Source: a virus
Taxonomy: Duplodnaviria > Caudoviricetes
Strand: one strand, 5' to 3'
IMG/VR virus record: IMGVR_UViG_3300037067_008519
Location: 32,001 to 96,000 of that record
DNA length: 64,000 bases
This document shows positions 48,445-58,149 of the stretch, one piece after another. Within the stretch, counting starts at the first letter, position 1. Every line of letters begins with the position of its first letter. The notes beneath the pieces were generated by a model, which was not told the DNA's origin, searched no databases, and saw only the letters and a list, made by a program, of their open reading frames with translations. The translations under genes were made by a program, and so were the position numbers.

Positions 48445-48976
48445 ATATGTTGTTAGCGATGATTTTTCTATTGTATACGGTACTGGTTTCTTTGTTAGAA
48501 CCGCTGTCAAAGATTGGGCAAGGGCTTTATTAATATTTGAAGATTATATTTGGCGTAGAAATGATAGAAGAAGAAGTTATGCATTAATTGAAGAAGATAA
48601 GAAATTTTTAGAAACACTAAACGGGGCTAGGGAACAATGGGGTAAGAGTTGGTGGAAGCATATTGAACATCATGTGGAAAAGGAAGATTCAAAAATGCCT
48701 AAAGTAGCTATTTGGGGAGCATGGGATGAATCCTATCCTTATGATGTTAGATTATTATCTTTTCCTACTTCGAAGAAAGCTATCAAAGCTTTAGAAGACG
48801 AATGGGAAGGGGAATTTAAAGCTAGGTTGAAGAGGAAATTACCTCGGTTTGTTAAGGTATCCGATTGCGCTTTTGAAGGTTGGCCTAGGAACCCCTGTGA
48901 TGATACTAATTGCAGGCATGAACATTGGGCATTTGTTTGGCGGCTGGAAGTAGGGTATAAGGAGGATTTTGAATGA
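48434..48976 (+). CDS. Hypothetical protein
   Basis: 180-aa ORF, Trp-rich. Confidence 0.5.
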   Translation: MRYRYVVSDDFSIVYGTGFFVRTAVKDWARALLIFEDYIWRRNDRRRSYALIEEDKKFLETLNGAREQWGKSWWKHIEHHVEKEDSKMPKVAIWGAWDESYPYDVRLLSFPTSKKAIKALEDEWEGEFKARLKRKLPRFVKVSDCAFEGWPRNPCDDTNCRHEHWAFVWRLEVGYKEDFE

Positions 48977-49185
48977 AGGATATTATCTATTCAATTTGGG
49001 ATTATGCTAATGAAAATCCTAGATTATTTATGATTCAAACTGAGAATACTAGAGATGAATTTGAAACAACAAAGAGTCTTTGGTGGGAAAATGGTATAGG
49101 AACAATAACAGAAGTTACAGAAGAAGAGTTTGATTTATTGGCTAAAAAGGTAGGTAAGAATGATTCGGATAGGCAAAGTTCTTAG
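48973..49185 (+). CDS. Hypothetical protein
   Basis: AGGAGG RBS and ATGA overlap. Confidence 0.5.
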   Translation: MKDIIYSIWDYANENPRLFMIQTENTRDEFETTKSLWWENGIGTITEVTEEEFDLLAKKVGKNDSDRQSS

Positions 49186-49654
49186 AGATTCGGTAGTGGA
49201 TGGTTCGGGACTTAGAGTAGTTGTTTTTCTAGCCGGTTGCTCTCATAAACCTAAATGTAAAGAGTGTCACCAAAAATGGCTCTGGGAACCAGATTCAGGT
49301 GGAGGATTTACAGTAGAGGAAGTTTATCAACAAGTTATTAATGCTGGTTATAACAAACCTAATATTGCTTTGACGATTAGCGGCGGGGAACCTTTGGATA
49401 GTTATGAAGAACTTCTAAATCTACTACGAATGATTAAGACTGAGTATCCTTGGAAAGATTCTATCTGGTTGTACACAGGGCATACTTTTGATGAAGTAAA
49501 GAAGAGTTATCCATTGATTCTAGAATATGTTGATGTTGTTATAGATGGTAAATATGATAAAAGTAAAAAAGAGTTAAATTTTGGTAAGTATCGTGGAAGT
49601 TGTAACCAAAATAAATGGGCAAAGGATGGCCTGATATGGAAGATGGAATATTAA
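49160..49654 (+). CDS. nrdG: Anaerobic RNR activase
   Basis: 'DSVVDG.GLR.VVF..GC', 'SGGEP', 'WLYTG', 'DG.Y', 'RGS.NQ'. Confidence 0.9.
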   Translation: MIRIGKVLRDSVVDGSGLRVVVFLAGCSHKPKCKECHQKWLWEPDSGGGFTVEEVYQQVINAGYNKPNIALTISGGEPLDSYEELLNLLRMIKTEYPWKDSIWLYTGHTFDEVKKSYPLILEYVDVVIDGKYDKSKKELNFGKYRGSCNQNKWAKDGLIWKMEY

Positions 49655-50624
49655 TTGGAGAATAAAATTCAACTGTGGGAATTACAACAAAAACAGTCTC
49701 TTCCTTTAGAGATGAAAGTAATTATGACTCAAAGAAGGATTAGAGATTGGTATGAACATTGGGGGGGGGCAAGTATATGTATCTTTCTCTGGTGGCAAAG
49801 ACTCAACAGTCTTGTTAAGTTTAGTAAGGGATATGTATCCTGATGTTCCTGCTGTGTTTTTTGATACCGGACTTGAATATCCAGAAATCAGGGATTTTGT
49901 TAAAACTTTTGATAATGTAGTATGGCTAAAACCTAAGAAAACATTCAAGAAAGTTATAGAGGAATATGGTTATCCGGTAGTTAGTAAAAATGTTTCTAGA
50001 TTTGTTTGGGATTTACGCAGACCCAATAGCGCAAAGAATGAAAATGTAAAAAATTTGAGATTAACAGGATATAATCAAAAAGGAGAATACTGCCCTTCTA
50101 TGAAATTGTCAAATAAATGGACGAAACTTGTTGATGCCCCCTTTGATATTTCTGATAAATGTTGTGATATTATGAAAAAAGACCCCGCGAAAAGGTTTGT
50201 TAAAGAATCAGAAAGTAATCCAATTATAGGAACTTTAGCTGAAGAATCTAGAATGAGAACAAGAGTTTATTTAAGAACAGGATGTAATGCTTTTGAATGT
50301 AAAAATCCTTATTCGATGCCCATGAGTTTTTGGACTAATCAGGATATTTTAGCATTTCTGAAAAAAACTACATTAAATTATTGTTCTGTTTATGGAGATA
50401 TAAAAGAAACTAATGATGGATTAATTTTAACAGGAGAACAAAGGACGGGGTGTATGTTTTGTATGTTTGGAGTGCATATGGAAAATAACCCTAATAGATT
50501 TCAACGTATGGCTATAACACATCCAACACAGTATAAATATTGCATGGAAAATTTAGGATTAAAAGAAATTCTTGAATACATTGGCGTAGAATATAAACCA
50601 TCTGAACAAATTAAATTATTTTAA
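49655..50624 (+). pseudogene. PAPS-reductase-family protein split by a frameshift in a G9 tract
   Basis: N-part '...RIRDWYEHWGG' (from 49655) joins 'QVYVSFSGGKDS...DTGLEYPE...CC..MKK.P...RTGCMFC' if one G of 49761-49769 is removed. Confidence 0.8.
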
Positions 50625-50636
50625 GGAGGTATTGAA

Positions 50637-51572
50637 ATGTCAGGAATTGTGCCGAGCTACCCAAAGATTTTTCATTTAGGTGATGCTATGATAGCTAATC
50701 TTTTTAAAGGTTCAGTAGAGATAACAGAAAAGATCGACGGCTCTCAATGGTGTTTCGGTATAGATGCTGATGGTAATTTTGGGTATAGGAGTAAAAACCA
50801 AGATTTGAGTCACGGTGAAGTTCCTAATACTTTTGAGGGTGCGAAAGAACAAATGGAAAGAATAGAGAATATACTTAAAGATAATAATTTTAGAAACATA
50901 TTTTTCTACGCTGAATTTCTTAGGAAAGAAAAACATAATCTTTTAAAATATAACAGGATACCTAAGAACCATCTTTATCTTTTTGGTGTTTTAAATAAAG
51001 GCGAATTTGTATATAATTCTTTTCAGTTGATGGGGTGGGCAGAAATTTTGGACATTGAACCTGCCAATGTCAGGTTTGTTGGGGATATTTCTAATATAGA
51101 TGATTTGTATACTTTGCTCGATGTGGAGAGCATCCTTGGCGGAACCAAGATGGAAGGTATTGTCATAAAGAATTATAATGAACCTTCAGGCCGGGGGTCA
51201 TGGATACAACCTATTTCACTAGGGAAATTTGTAAGAGAAGAATTTAAGGAACGGCAGAATAAAGATTGGAAAAAAGAATTTACAAGTAAAGGTAAGTTAG
51301 ATATATTTTTAGATTCATTCAATACTGATGCCCGCAAACTCAAAGCCATACAACATCTACGTGACCAAGGATTGCTTGAGAATACACCCAAAGATATTGG
51401 GGAGCTGATGCGGGAAATCCACAGAGACATTATTGAAGAAGAGTCAGAGAATATTAAAGAAGAATTGTTTAAGTTGTATATTAAAGACATTGTTCGTTAT
51501 GCCCAGCGCGGCCTGCCAGATATGTATAAGCAGATGTTGGCAGAAGCATCTTTTGAGGAGTTAGAAACTTGA
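50637..51572 (+). CDS. ATP-dependent RNA ligase (Rnl2-like)
   Basis: Motif I 'TEKIDGS', 'FYAEF', 'YLF.V', 'EGIVIK', 'KFV.EEFKE'. Confidence 0.8.
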   Translation: MSGIVPSYPKIFHLGDAMIANLFKGSVEITEKIDGSQWCFGIDADGNFGYRSKNQDLSHGEVPNTFEGAKEQMERIENILKDNNFRNIFFYAEFLRKEKHNLLKYNRIPKNHLYLFGVLNKGEFVYNSFQLMGWAEILDIEPANVRFVGDISNIDDLYTLLDVESILGGTKMEGIVIKNYNEPSGRGSWIQPISLGKFVREEFKERQNKDWKKEFTSKGKLDIFLDSFNTDARKLKAIQHLRDQGLLENTPKDIGELMREIHRDIIEEESENIKEELFKLYIKDIVRYAQRGLPDMYKQMLAEASFEELET

Positions 51573-51597
51573 CAAAGTTTAATAATGATGCTATAGT
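51569..51597 (+). promoter_or_regulatory. Possible internal sigma70 promoter
   Basis: TTGACA-17 nt-TATAGT with an extended -10 TG, overlapping a gene start. Confidence 0.4.
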
Positions 51598-51922
51598 TAG
51601 TGAATACGGAAACAACATCCTCATAAGATTTCCCTGTGGTAAGGAAATAATAGTATTCATACCATTTGATAAAGAACTTGAGTTAGAACCTGTTGATGAT
51701 GATTTTATTGTTCAGCTTTCTCTGCCGTTCGACCATTGTGAACATTGTACTTTTGTGAACAGCGAGGTTTGTTTCGCTAAATATATAGATAATCAAGGAA
51801 TTTATTATTGTTATGAATTAGAAGGTAAAAGAATCTATCGAGATTCCCCCGCCACGGAAGAAGAACTCAGAGAATTATTTAATTTGGAAGGAGAGGAAGA
51901 GAGTAAAATAGATTTATTATGA
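51569..51922 (+). CDS. Hypothetical protein
   Basis: 117 aa, TTG start after GAGGAG, Cys cluster. Confidence 0.45.
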   Translation: MTKFNNDAIVSEYGNNILIRFPCGKEIIVFIPFDKELELEPVDDDFIVQLSLPFDHCEHCTFVNSEVCFAKYIDNQGIYYCYELEGKRIYRDSPATEEELRELFNLEGEEESKIDLL

Positions 51923-52077
51923 ACATCAAAGATTGGATATGCCCTATATGTGGTAATTATTATGATGGTGAAAGATGTTTAGAATGCGGTCACGAAGATT
52001 TGAAAGAGAAAGCAAAACTCTTAAAATTTATAGAACTTAGAGAAAACAGAGAAAAGAAGGAAAGGAAAGAAAAATGA
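51919..52077 (+). CDS. Small zinc-ribbon protein (52 aa, not in ORF track)
   Basis: MNIKDWICPICGNYYDGERCLECGH...; ATGA overlaps at both ends. Confidence 0.6.
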   Translation: MNIKDWICPICGNYYDGERCLECGHEDLKEKAKLLKFIELRENREKKERKEK

Positions 52078-52298
52078 TTGAGGAATTAAAAAAAGAGGCA
52101 AAGGATAAAGATAGGGTGATGATAATTATTGTTACCCCCGATGGATCGGATGGTGTTGTGGCAGCATGTGATATTGAAGGAGAGCTTTATAGAAGGAAAA
52201 TAGATGCCGGTAAATTGGAATCTTTATTATCTGTTGCCTTTCGAAGAGCAACAGACTCACTAATGAAATATGTTAATGAAGATAAGGAGGAAAATTAA
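52074..52298 (+). CDS. Hypothetical protein
   Basis: 74-aa coupled ORF. Confidence 0.5.
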   Translation: MIEELKKEAKDKDRVMIIIVTPDGSDGVVAACDIEGELYRRKIDAGKLESLLSVAFRRATDSLMKYVNEDKEEN

Positions 52299-52772
52299 AT
52301 GGCTTTGAATCGTGTAGTAGTTTCAGGAAGGTTAGGAAAGGAACCTGAGCTTGATTATCTGCCATCAGAAAGAGCGAAAATATCTTTTAATATAGCAAAT
52401 GATGTTGGTTGGGGGGATAAGAAAAAGACTAATTGGATTCCTATAGTTGGTTTTGGTACGCGGGCTGAGTCTCTTTCTAAGATTCTTAAAAAGGGGCAGG
52501 AAGTTATTATTGAGGGTAAGTATATGGTAGATTCTTGGAAGACGGATGATGGTCAGTTTAGGAGTAAAACTTATCTTCAGATGGATGAACTACATTTTAC
52601 TAGTGGTAATGGTAAGTCTGAGGCTGCCCCCAAGAAAACTACCCCCAAGAAATCTAGCGAGTTTGATCTGGATTTTGAAGAGGATGAAGAGGAAGACATT
52701 AATGAAATGCTAAAGAAGCCCTCTGAGTTGGAAACTGTGGAAGATGATGAAGAGGATAATTGGATGCCTTAA
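52299..52772 (+). CDS. ssb: Single-stranded DNA-binding protein
   Basis: 'LNRVVVSGRLGKEPE', 'T.WI', 'KKG..V.IEG', acidic tail. Confidence 0.92.
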   Translation: MALNRVVVSGRLGKEPELDYLPSERAKISFNIANDVGWGDKKKTNWIPIVGFGTRAESLSKILKKGQEVIIEGKYMVDSWKTDDGQFRSKTYLQMDELHFTSGNGKSEAAPKKTTPKKSSEFDLDFEEDEEEDINEMLKKPSELETVEDDEEDNWMP

Positions 52773-52785
52773 AGGAGTAAAGACA

Positions 52786-52971
52786 ATGCCTAAGTTTGTT
52801 ATTGATACAACAGAACATGTTTATAGACGATACATTGTTGAAGCTGAGAATGAAGTTGAAGCGTGGGATATTTTTTATGATAATACGATTGAACCAATAA
52901 GTATTGATGCTCAAGGGGAAGATGATTACGAAATGACTCCCGCTGAATTGTATGGAGATTTGTATAAATAA
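52786..52971 (+). CDS. Small acidic hypothetical protein
   Basis: Likely start MPKFVID after AAGGAG; 'VEAENE.EA' motif. Confidence 0.5.
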   Translation: MPKFVIDTTEHVYRRYIVEAENEVEAWDIFYDNTIEPISIDAQGEDDYEMTPAELYGDLYK

Positions 52972-53498
52972 TGAAAGCACCTGACTATATTTTAGCAATT
53001 GATCCCGGTACAGTAAACATAGGGTATGCTCTCTTAGGATATGATTCAGATTATCTTCTTGGAGGAATTATAAAAGTAGAAAAAGAGGATAAATTAAACC
53101 TAGGAAAATTACGAAACGACCTTATAGCAGTATTTATTGAAGTACAGAAAACGATAACTCATGGTTCACTCCTAGTGGTGATAGAGGAATTTGGAATGTT
53201 TGGTCTGAGGGCTTCTGTAATAAATGCTTTTGATATGGGCAGAGTAATCCAACTAATCAAAGATGTTTTTTGGACTTTTTATCTTAATAAAACTATGAAT
53301 TTTCCTTATCCCATGTCTGCTAAGAACTGGGATGTGCGTCAATGGTTATGCGGCAATGGTACGGCAAAGCCAGCTCAAGTCAAAGAAGCACTCAAACTAA
53401 TGGGGGTTACACAAAAGACTAATGAACATGTAAGGGATGCTATAGCTTTAGGTTTATATTCTTGGTATATGAGAATATGGGAGCATGTAAATGGGTAA
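52971..53498 (+). CDS. ruvC: Holliday junction resolvase, RuvC-like
   Basis: 'ILAIDPG..NIGYA', 'VVIEE', 'GNG.A.', 'H..DAIAL'. Confidence 0.8.
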   Translation: MKAPDYILAIDPGTVNIGYALLGYDSDYLLGGIIKVEKEDKLNLGKLRNDLIAVFIEVQKTITHGSLLVVIEEFGMFGLRASVINAFDMGRVIQLIKDVFWTFYLNKTMNFPYPMSAKNWDVRQWLCGNGTAKPAQVKEALKLMGVTQKTNEHVRDAIALGLYSWYMRIWEHVNG

Positions 53499-53727
53499 AT
53501 ATGGAAAAAGATATGAATTCCCTAATGTTATTTGGATAGTAACAACAATTAAAGGTGGGATGATTAGAGATGATGGGCAGAGAATATTTAAAAATCGTGA
53601 GTCTGCTATTGATTGGATAAAGAAAAATGGTGGTTGTAAAAAAAGTCCAGACGATTCTTTTTGGTATTGTACAGAACCCCTTCTGTATCATTGGTTAAAA
53701 TTTTGTTCTCTACCTAAAGGAGATTAG
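53491..53727 (+). CDS. Hypothetical protein
   Basis: 78-aa coupled ORF. Confidence 0.45.
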   Translation: MGKYGKRYEFPNVIWIVTTIKGGMIRDDGQRIFKNRESAIDWIKKNGGCKKSPDDSFWYCTEPLLYHWLKFCSLPKGD

Positions 53728-54249
53728 ATGAAAAATGTAGCATTTGCTGGATTAGCTTGTTCCGGTAAAACAACTGCGGCAAATTTCTTTGAAGAGAAAA
53801 TCAATAGTAAGAATTGTTTTAGGGTAAAGGTTGCTGATCCTATCTATGAAGTAGCTCATCAAGTATTTGGGATGAAGAATAAAGATAGGAAATTGTTACA
53901 ACAAATAGGGGAAAAATTAAGAGAGATAGACCCTAATGTTTTTGTAAATTATATTCTTAGATACAAGTCCTATAGTAAATTTCCAATCTTTATTGATGAT
54001 GTTAGAAAGAAATCTGAAGAAATAACTCTTAGAGAGAATGGGTTTATTACAGTATTAGTATTATCTGATGAAAAGATTCGTAAAGACCGTTCCGATGCTC
54101 AAGGCTATGCTTGGCATCCAGAAGATAGCACAGAACAAGAGATGAAAGAATATACTGAAACTAATTATATAATAACGAATAATGGGAGCCTTACCGAATT
54201 TAAACAAAAGTTAGAAGAACTTTATAGCAGAATAGAGGAAAGGGAATAA
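53728..54249 (+). CDS. Deoxynucleoside monophosphate kinase-like P-loop protein
   Basis: 'GLACSGKTT', 'ADPI', 'R.LLQ.IG..LR', 'IDDVR...E', 'I.NNGSL'. Confidence 0.8.
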   Translation: MKNVAFAGLACSGKTTAANFFEEKINSKNCFRVKVADPIYEVAHQVFGMKNKDRKLLQQIGEKLREIDPNVFVNYILRYKSYSKFPIFIDDVRKKSEEITLRENGFITVLVLSDEKIRKDRSDAQGYAWHPEDSTEQEMKEYTETNYIITNNGSLTEFKQKLEELYSRIEERE

Positions 54250-55355
54250 TGAAATTTACAATTGAACAAGGAAAATTAAACTCAGCATTGGGGATAGTTT
54301 GTAGAGTGCTAGATGATGATAAAAAAGTTATTTTACAATCCACAGGAAATAAAAATAATGGTAAGCTGTCAATTTGTGGTGGTTCTTATAATCAATTTTA
54401 TGAAATATGGATTAACGGCGTTAATGTAGCTGAGTCAGGAAGTTTTACGGTTGATGGAACCAAATTAAAGAAAATGACTGATAGAAATCCAAAAGCAGAC
54501 TTGAATATTATAGCCGACGATAATACCATGTCTCTCCATACCAAAAATTATGATGCTTCTCTTAACAAGATGATTCAATCGGTTTTTTTAGAAAAACAAG
54601 AAAGGGAAGATCACATTGAGTTAGAGATGGGAATTTTTAAAAAATTGCTTGATAGCGTAGCATGGGCATCTGGTAAGTTTGGAGATAACTTTAATCTGGA
54701 TACTGTTTTTATTACATTTTCTAAAGATGATATTTCCGTCCTAGCTAGCGATTCAATAGTCATAGCCACCAACAAAGCTAAAATTAAAACAGGATTAAAG
54801 AAAGATGTAACTATTTCTCTACCTCTTACAGCAGTAAAAGAGATTCAGAAGTTTGGGGATGGCCCCGTAGACATACGATTGGCGGGGGATAGTATAGAAG
54901 TTGTTCAGACAAATGATTCCACTACAACACATCTTATTAGCAGGCTTTATGCTATTTCAAGTATTCTCGAAAAAATACAAACATCTCTAAGTGGGGGTGT
55001 TTCCAAAACTTGTATAACTTTTAATGCAAAAGATTTTGAGGAAGCTATCCAACAGACTAAGATATTTTCTTCTACAGCAGGCTTCATTACTTACATAAAA
55101 CAAGGAAAGAATAAACTGGTAATCAAAGCTGAAGGATCAGAGGGAAAATTTGAGCAGAGCTTCAAACAATATAATGTAGTTGATTCACAAGAAGTTATCG
55201 AGATGAAAGTAAATGCTGACTATTTAACAGATGCTCTCAAGCATTGTGAAAATGCTGAACTTCATTATGAGGGAGAATTAAAGCCTATCTGGATTGCAGA
55301 GGGAGATTATAAGGGTTTGATTAGTGTAGTAAGATTAAAGGAGAAAAACGTTTAA
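54249..55355 (+). CDS. dnaN: DNA polymerase III beta sliding clamp
   Basis: 368 aa, 'MKFTIEQ..L..AL..V', 'ASDS..IA', 'N..YL.DAL', 'KPI.I'. Confidence 0.75.
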   Translation: MKFTIEQGKLNSALGIVCRVLDDDKKVILQSTGNKNNGKLSICGGSYNQFYEIWINGVNVAESGSFTVDGTKLKKMTDRNPKADLNIIADDNTMSLHTKNYDASLNKMIQSVFLEKQEREDHIELEMGIFKKLLDSVAWASGKFGDNFNLDTVFITFSKDDISVLASDSIVIATNKAKIKTGLKKDVTISLPLTAVKEIQKFGDGPVDIRLAGDSIEVVQTNDSTTTHLISRLYAISSILEKIQTSLSGGVSKTCITFNAKDFEEAIQQTKIFSSTAGFITYIKQGKNKLVIKAEGSEGKFEQSFKQYNVVDSQEVIEMKVNADYLTDALKHCENAELHYEGELKPIWIAEGDYKGLISVVRLKEKNV

Positions 55356-55747
55356 TGGATTGGTTAGAAGAGTTGAAGGTTGAAATGAGCAAAGAAGGTA
55401 TAGAAGCACAGAAATATTATAATGAATGCTTTGAGGAACAAAATAATCGTTTTCATAAAGTAACAGAAAAGCTCCGTGAATACAATATAACTGCTATTAG
55501 TTCAGATAGGTTTTTTGAAGAGATAGGGAAAAGAAAATGGCTGTTCAAAATTGATGGTTACGGTGTTGATGATGATACCGGGGGAGAAGTAGAAGCTAGG
55601 GTGTATGAGTGGGCTTGTTATACTTCTTATGAAGGTTTTACTGAGTGTGATGCTGAACAAATTGGTTTTGGTAGGGCATTGATACCTCTTTGGGCTATCG
55701 GTGCGGCACTACTAGAAGCATTAGGAGGAGAAATAGATGAAGGTTGA
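55355..55747 (+). CDS. Hypothetical protein
   Basis: 130-aa coupled ORF. Confidence 0.5.
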   Translation: MDWLEELKVEMSKEGIEAQKYYNECFEEQNNRFHKVTEKLREYNITAISSDRFFEEIGKRKWLFKIDGYGVDDDTGGEVEARVYEWACYTSYEGFTECDAEQIGFGRALIPLWAIGAALLEALGGEIDEG

Positions 55748-56870
55748 ACGTGTAAGTTATTCGGCAATAGAAGCTTTATATCAATGTGAGTATAAGTATA
55801 ATAGGCTATATGGGCCATATCGCTTGAGGCTAGAAACAGACCCGATGAAAGTTGGCACCATAATGCATGATGCTCTCTGTGATTTTCATTCACAGGACAA
55901 TATGGAAACGCTAAAGAACCTGTTTCATAACAAGTGGATTACTTCAGGGATACTAGATAACACTCTTTATAATGAGGGTTTGAAGATGGTTAAGGCTTAT
56001 GAAACAAAATTTGCTCCCCGGCAAGGTGAGGTAGTAGAGAGGGAAGTAAGGTTTGAATTAGATGTTGGCCTTGGTATTCCTGTGGTGGGGGTTATTGACC
56101 GAGTAGATTTAATAGATGAATTTATGTTTAACTATGAGATTACGGACTATAAAACAGGAAACTATGTAAAGAATCAAGATGAAGTAGATGCCGATATGCA
56201 GCTCTCAATTTATGATTGGGCTTTACGCAAGATGTGGGATGAGGGATACTTTCCTTTGTTGCCCGAACCGGAGGAAGTAAAACTGAGCCTGCTCTATTTG
56301 AAACATGGTAAGTATTCTACTTCTCGCACAGACCAAGATCGTAAACTTGTGGAAGATATGCTGCGGGCTACCATTGAATATATATTGAAGTTAGAAGATC
56401 CAAAACCTAAACTAAATACTTTCTGCCGTTGGTGTGTTGTCAAAAGTGATTGCCCTCTTTACCAAGAGCTACTTGATTTTGTTCCTAACTTTGAGAGAGT
56501 CCAGAATTTGAGTGATGATGAACTGCTAGATATATATAAAAGACTCACTACTCAAGAAGGCGGCATTAAGGATTTGAAAACTGAGATAAAACAAGAGGCA
56601 TTTCGTAGGATGGATAAAGCTGAAGTTTCTGAACTCACCGGCGGCGGCTGGGTAGGCAAACCCCAATCTAAATCTTCTAGGAATTATGATATAAGAGCTA
56701 TTCGTTCTATTTTCGAACCTATCGGGGTTTTTGAAGATATTATTAAGGTAGATATTAAGGCTCTTAAAGATATAATTAAAGAACATGAGATAACGGATGA
56801 AATGTTAGAGGGTACATTTGTTGTTACTTCATCCGATCCTTATCTCTCTATTACTAAAGGAAAGGGATAA
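55737..56870 (+). CDS. PD-(D/E)XK exonuclease (RecB/Cas4-like)
   Basis: 'SYS......C..KY', 'GT.MH.AL', 'G.IDRVD', 'DYKTG', 'QL..Y', 'CRWC....C'. Confidence 0.85.
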   Translation: MKVERVSYSAIEALYQCEYKYNRLYGPYRLRLETDPMKVGTIMHDALCDFHSQDNMETLKNLFHNKWITSGILDNTLYNEGLKMVKAYETKFAPRQGEVVEREVRFELDVGLGIPVVGVIDRVDLIDEFMFNYEITDYKTGNYVKNQDEVDADMQLSIYDWALRKMWDEGYFPLLPEPEEVKLSLLYLKHGKYSTSRTDQDRKLVEDMLRATIEYILKLEDPKPKLNTFCRWCVVKSDCPLYQELLDFVPNFERVQNLSDDELLDIYKRLTTQEGGIKDLKTEIKQEAFRRMDKAEVSELTGGGWVGKPQSKSSRNYDIRAIRSIFEPIGVFEDIIKVDIKALKDIIKEHEITDEMLEGTFVVTSSDPYLSITKGKG

Positions 56871-56920
56871 TGACTGATTATTACAAAGTGAAACTTCTGA
56901 TTGATGGGGAAGTGGTGTAG
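56870..56920 (+). pseudogene. 16-codon remnant of an alternative N-terminus of the downstream gene
   Basis: MTDYYKVKLLIDGEVV* aligns without gaps to MDSPFNIKLMIDGKII at 56924. Confidence 0.55.
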
Positions 56921-56923
56921 ACA

Positions 56924-57388
56924 ATGGATAGTCCTTTTAATATTAAACTTATGATTGATGGAAAAATTATACAACAAAACATGGAAGAGATTTTAAAAGT
57001 AGACGATTCAAATCCTCTTGCTTTGGCGAATCAATTGAAAGACAATCCTAATATTCTTTTCTATTGGGGGAGTTTGGGGGAAAGGTGTTCTACAAGATTG
57101 CATGATATCGAAATGAAGTTTGATGTTTGGTATGCAAACAAAGCAGCAAAAGCGAAAGAACAATTGTTGGAAAGTGGAGAGGTAACTAAGTCTTCTATCA
57201 CAGGGAGTATTATAAAAAACAAAATCATTCAAGATAATCAAGAAGAGTGGATTAAATTTAAAGATGAAATAAACCGTTGGTCATATTATGAGGGAATTCT
57301 TTCAAAAGCAGAGAAAAGCATTAAAGCAAAAAATGATGTACTGGTTAATTTATTAAGTTTTCATAAAGAAATGGCAAGAAATGTATGA
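56924..57388 (+). CDS. UvsY-like recombination mediator (putative)
   Basis: Helical 154-aa protein between the exonuclease and RecA; 'P....YW..L', 'IT...I...I' pattern. Confidence 0.45.
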   Translation: MDSPFNIKLMIDGKIIQQNMEEILKVDDSNPLALANQLKDNPNILFYWGSLGERCSTRLHDIEMKFDVWYANKAAKAKEQLLESGEVTKSSITGSIIKNKIIQDNQEEWIKFKDEINRWSYYEGILSKAEKSIKAKNDVLVNLLSFHKEMARNV

Positions 57389-58149
57389 AAGAAATAGCCT
57401 TAACCCAGGATAAAAATACTATTGTAGATGATGAATGCTTTGAATGGTTAAATCAATGGAAATGGTGTGCTAAACGAGATAGAAATACTTTTTATGCCGC
57501 TAGACATGAAACTAAAGAAGAGTATCTTGTCGATGGAAGAAATTCCAAACAAAGAAAAACCATCTTGATGCATCGAGCTATTATAGAAAGAAAATTAGGA
57601 AGAAAATTAGAATATAAAGAAGAGATTGACCATGAAGATCATAATGGTTTAAATAACCAAGAAAATAATTTAAGGATTTGTACTAAACAAGAAAATCAGT
57701 TTAATCAAAAATCAAAGAGGGGCGTTTCTGAATATAAAGGTGTACATCTTGACAAAGAAACAGGAAAATGGGTAGCAAAAATAACCATCAATGGAAAAAA
57801 TAAACATTTAGGGTTGTTCGATGATGAAACTCTTGCCGCAGTTGCCTATAACAAAGCAGCCGTAGAATACTTTGGTGAGTTTGCTTATTTGAATGAGGGG
57901 CCAGAACTTGACAAATATACTTTTGAAGATATTGATAAACTTAGGTATAAAGGAAATGGGAGTTCAAAGTATAAAGGCGTTAGCTGGAAGGAATCCAATC
58001 ATAAATGGAGAGCCTTTATTTATATTAATGGGAAGCATGTTCATTTAGGGTACTTTACAAAAGAAGAGGATGCGGCCCTAGCCTATAATAGTTATGTTTT
58101 AGAAAAAGGATTAAATAAGAAATTAAATATTATAGAAGGAGGACTATAA
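57385..58149 (+). mobile_element. HNH homing endonuclease with two AP2 domains
   Basis: 'MHR.I...IDH.D.NGLNN...NLR.CT..EN' plus two 'S.YKGV......KW.A.I..NGK..HLG.F..E..AA.AYN' repeats. Confidence 0.9.

Noticed and set aside
55737-56870. Cas4/CRISPR system
   Set aside because: No repeat-spacer array or other cas genes seen. The context is a recombination module.
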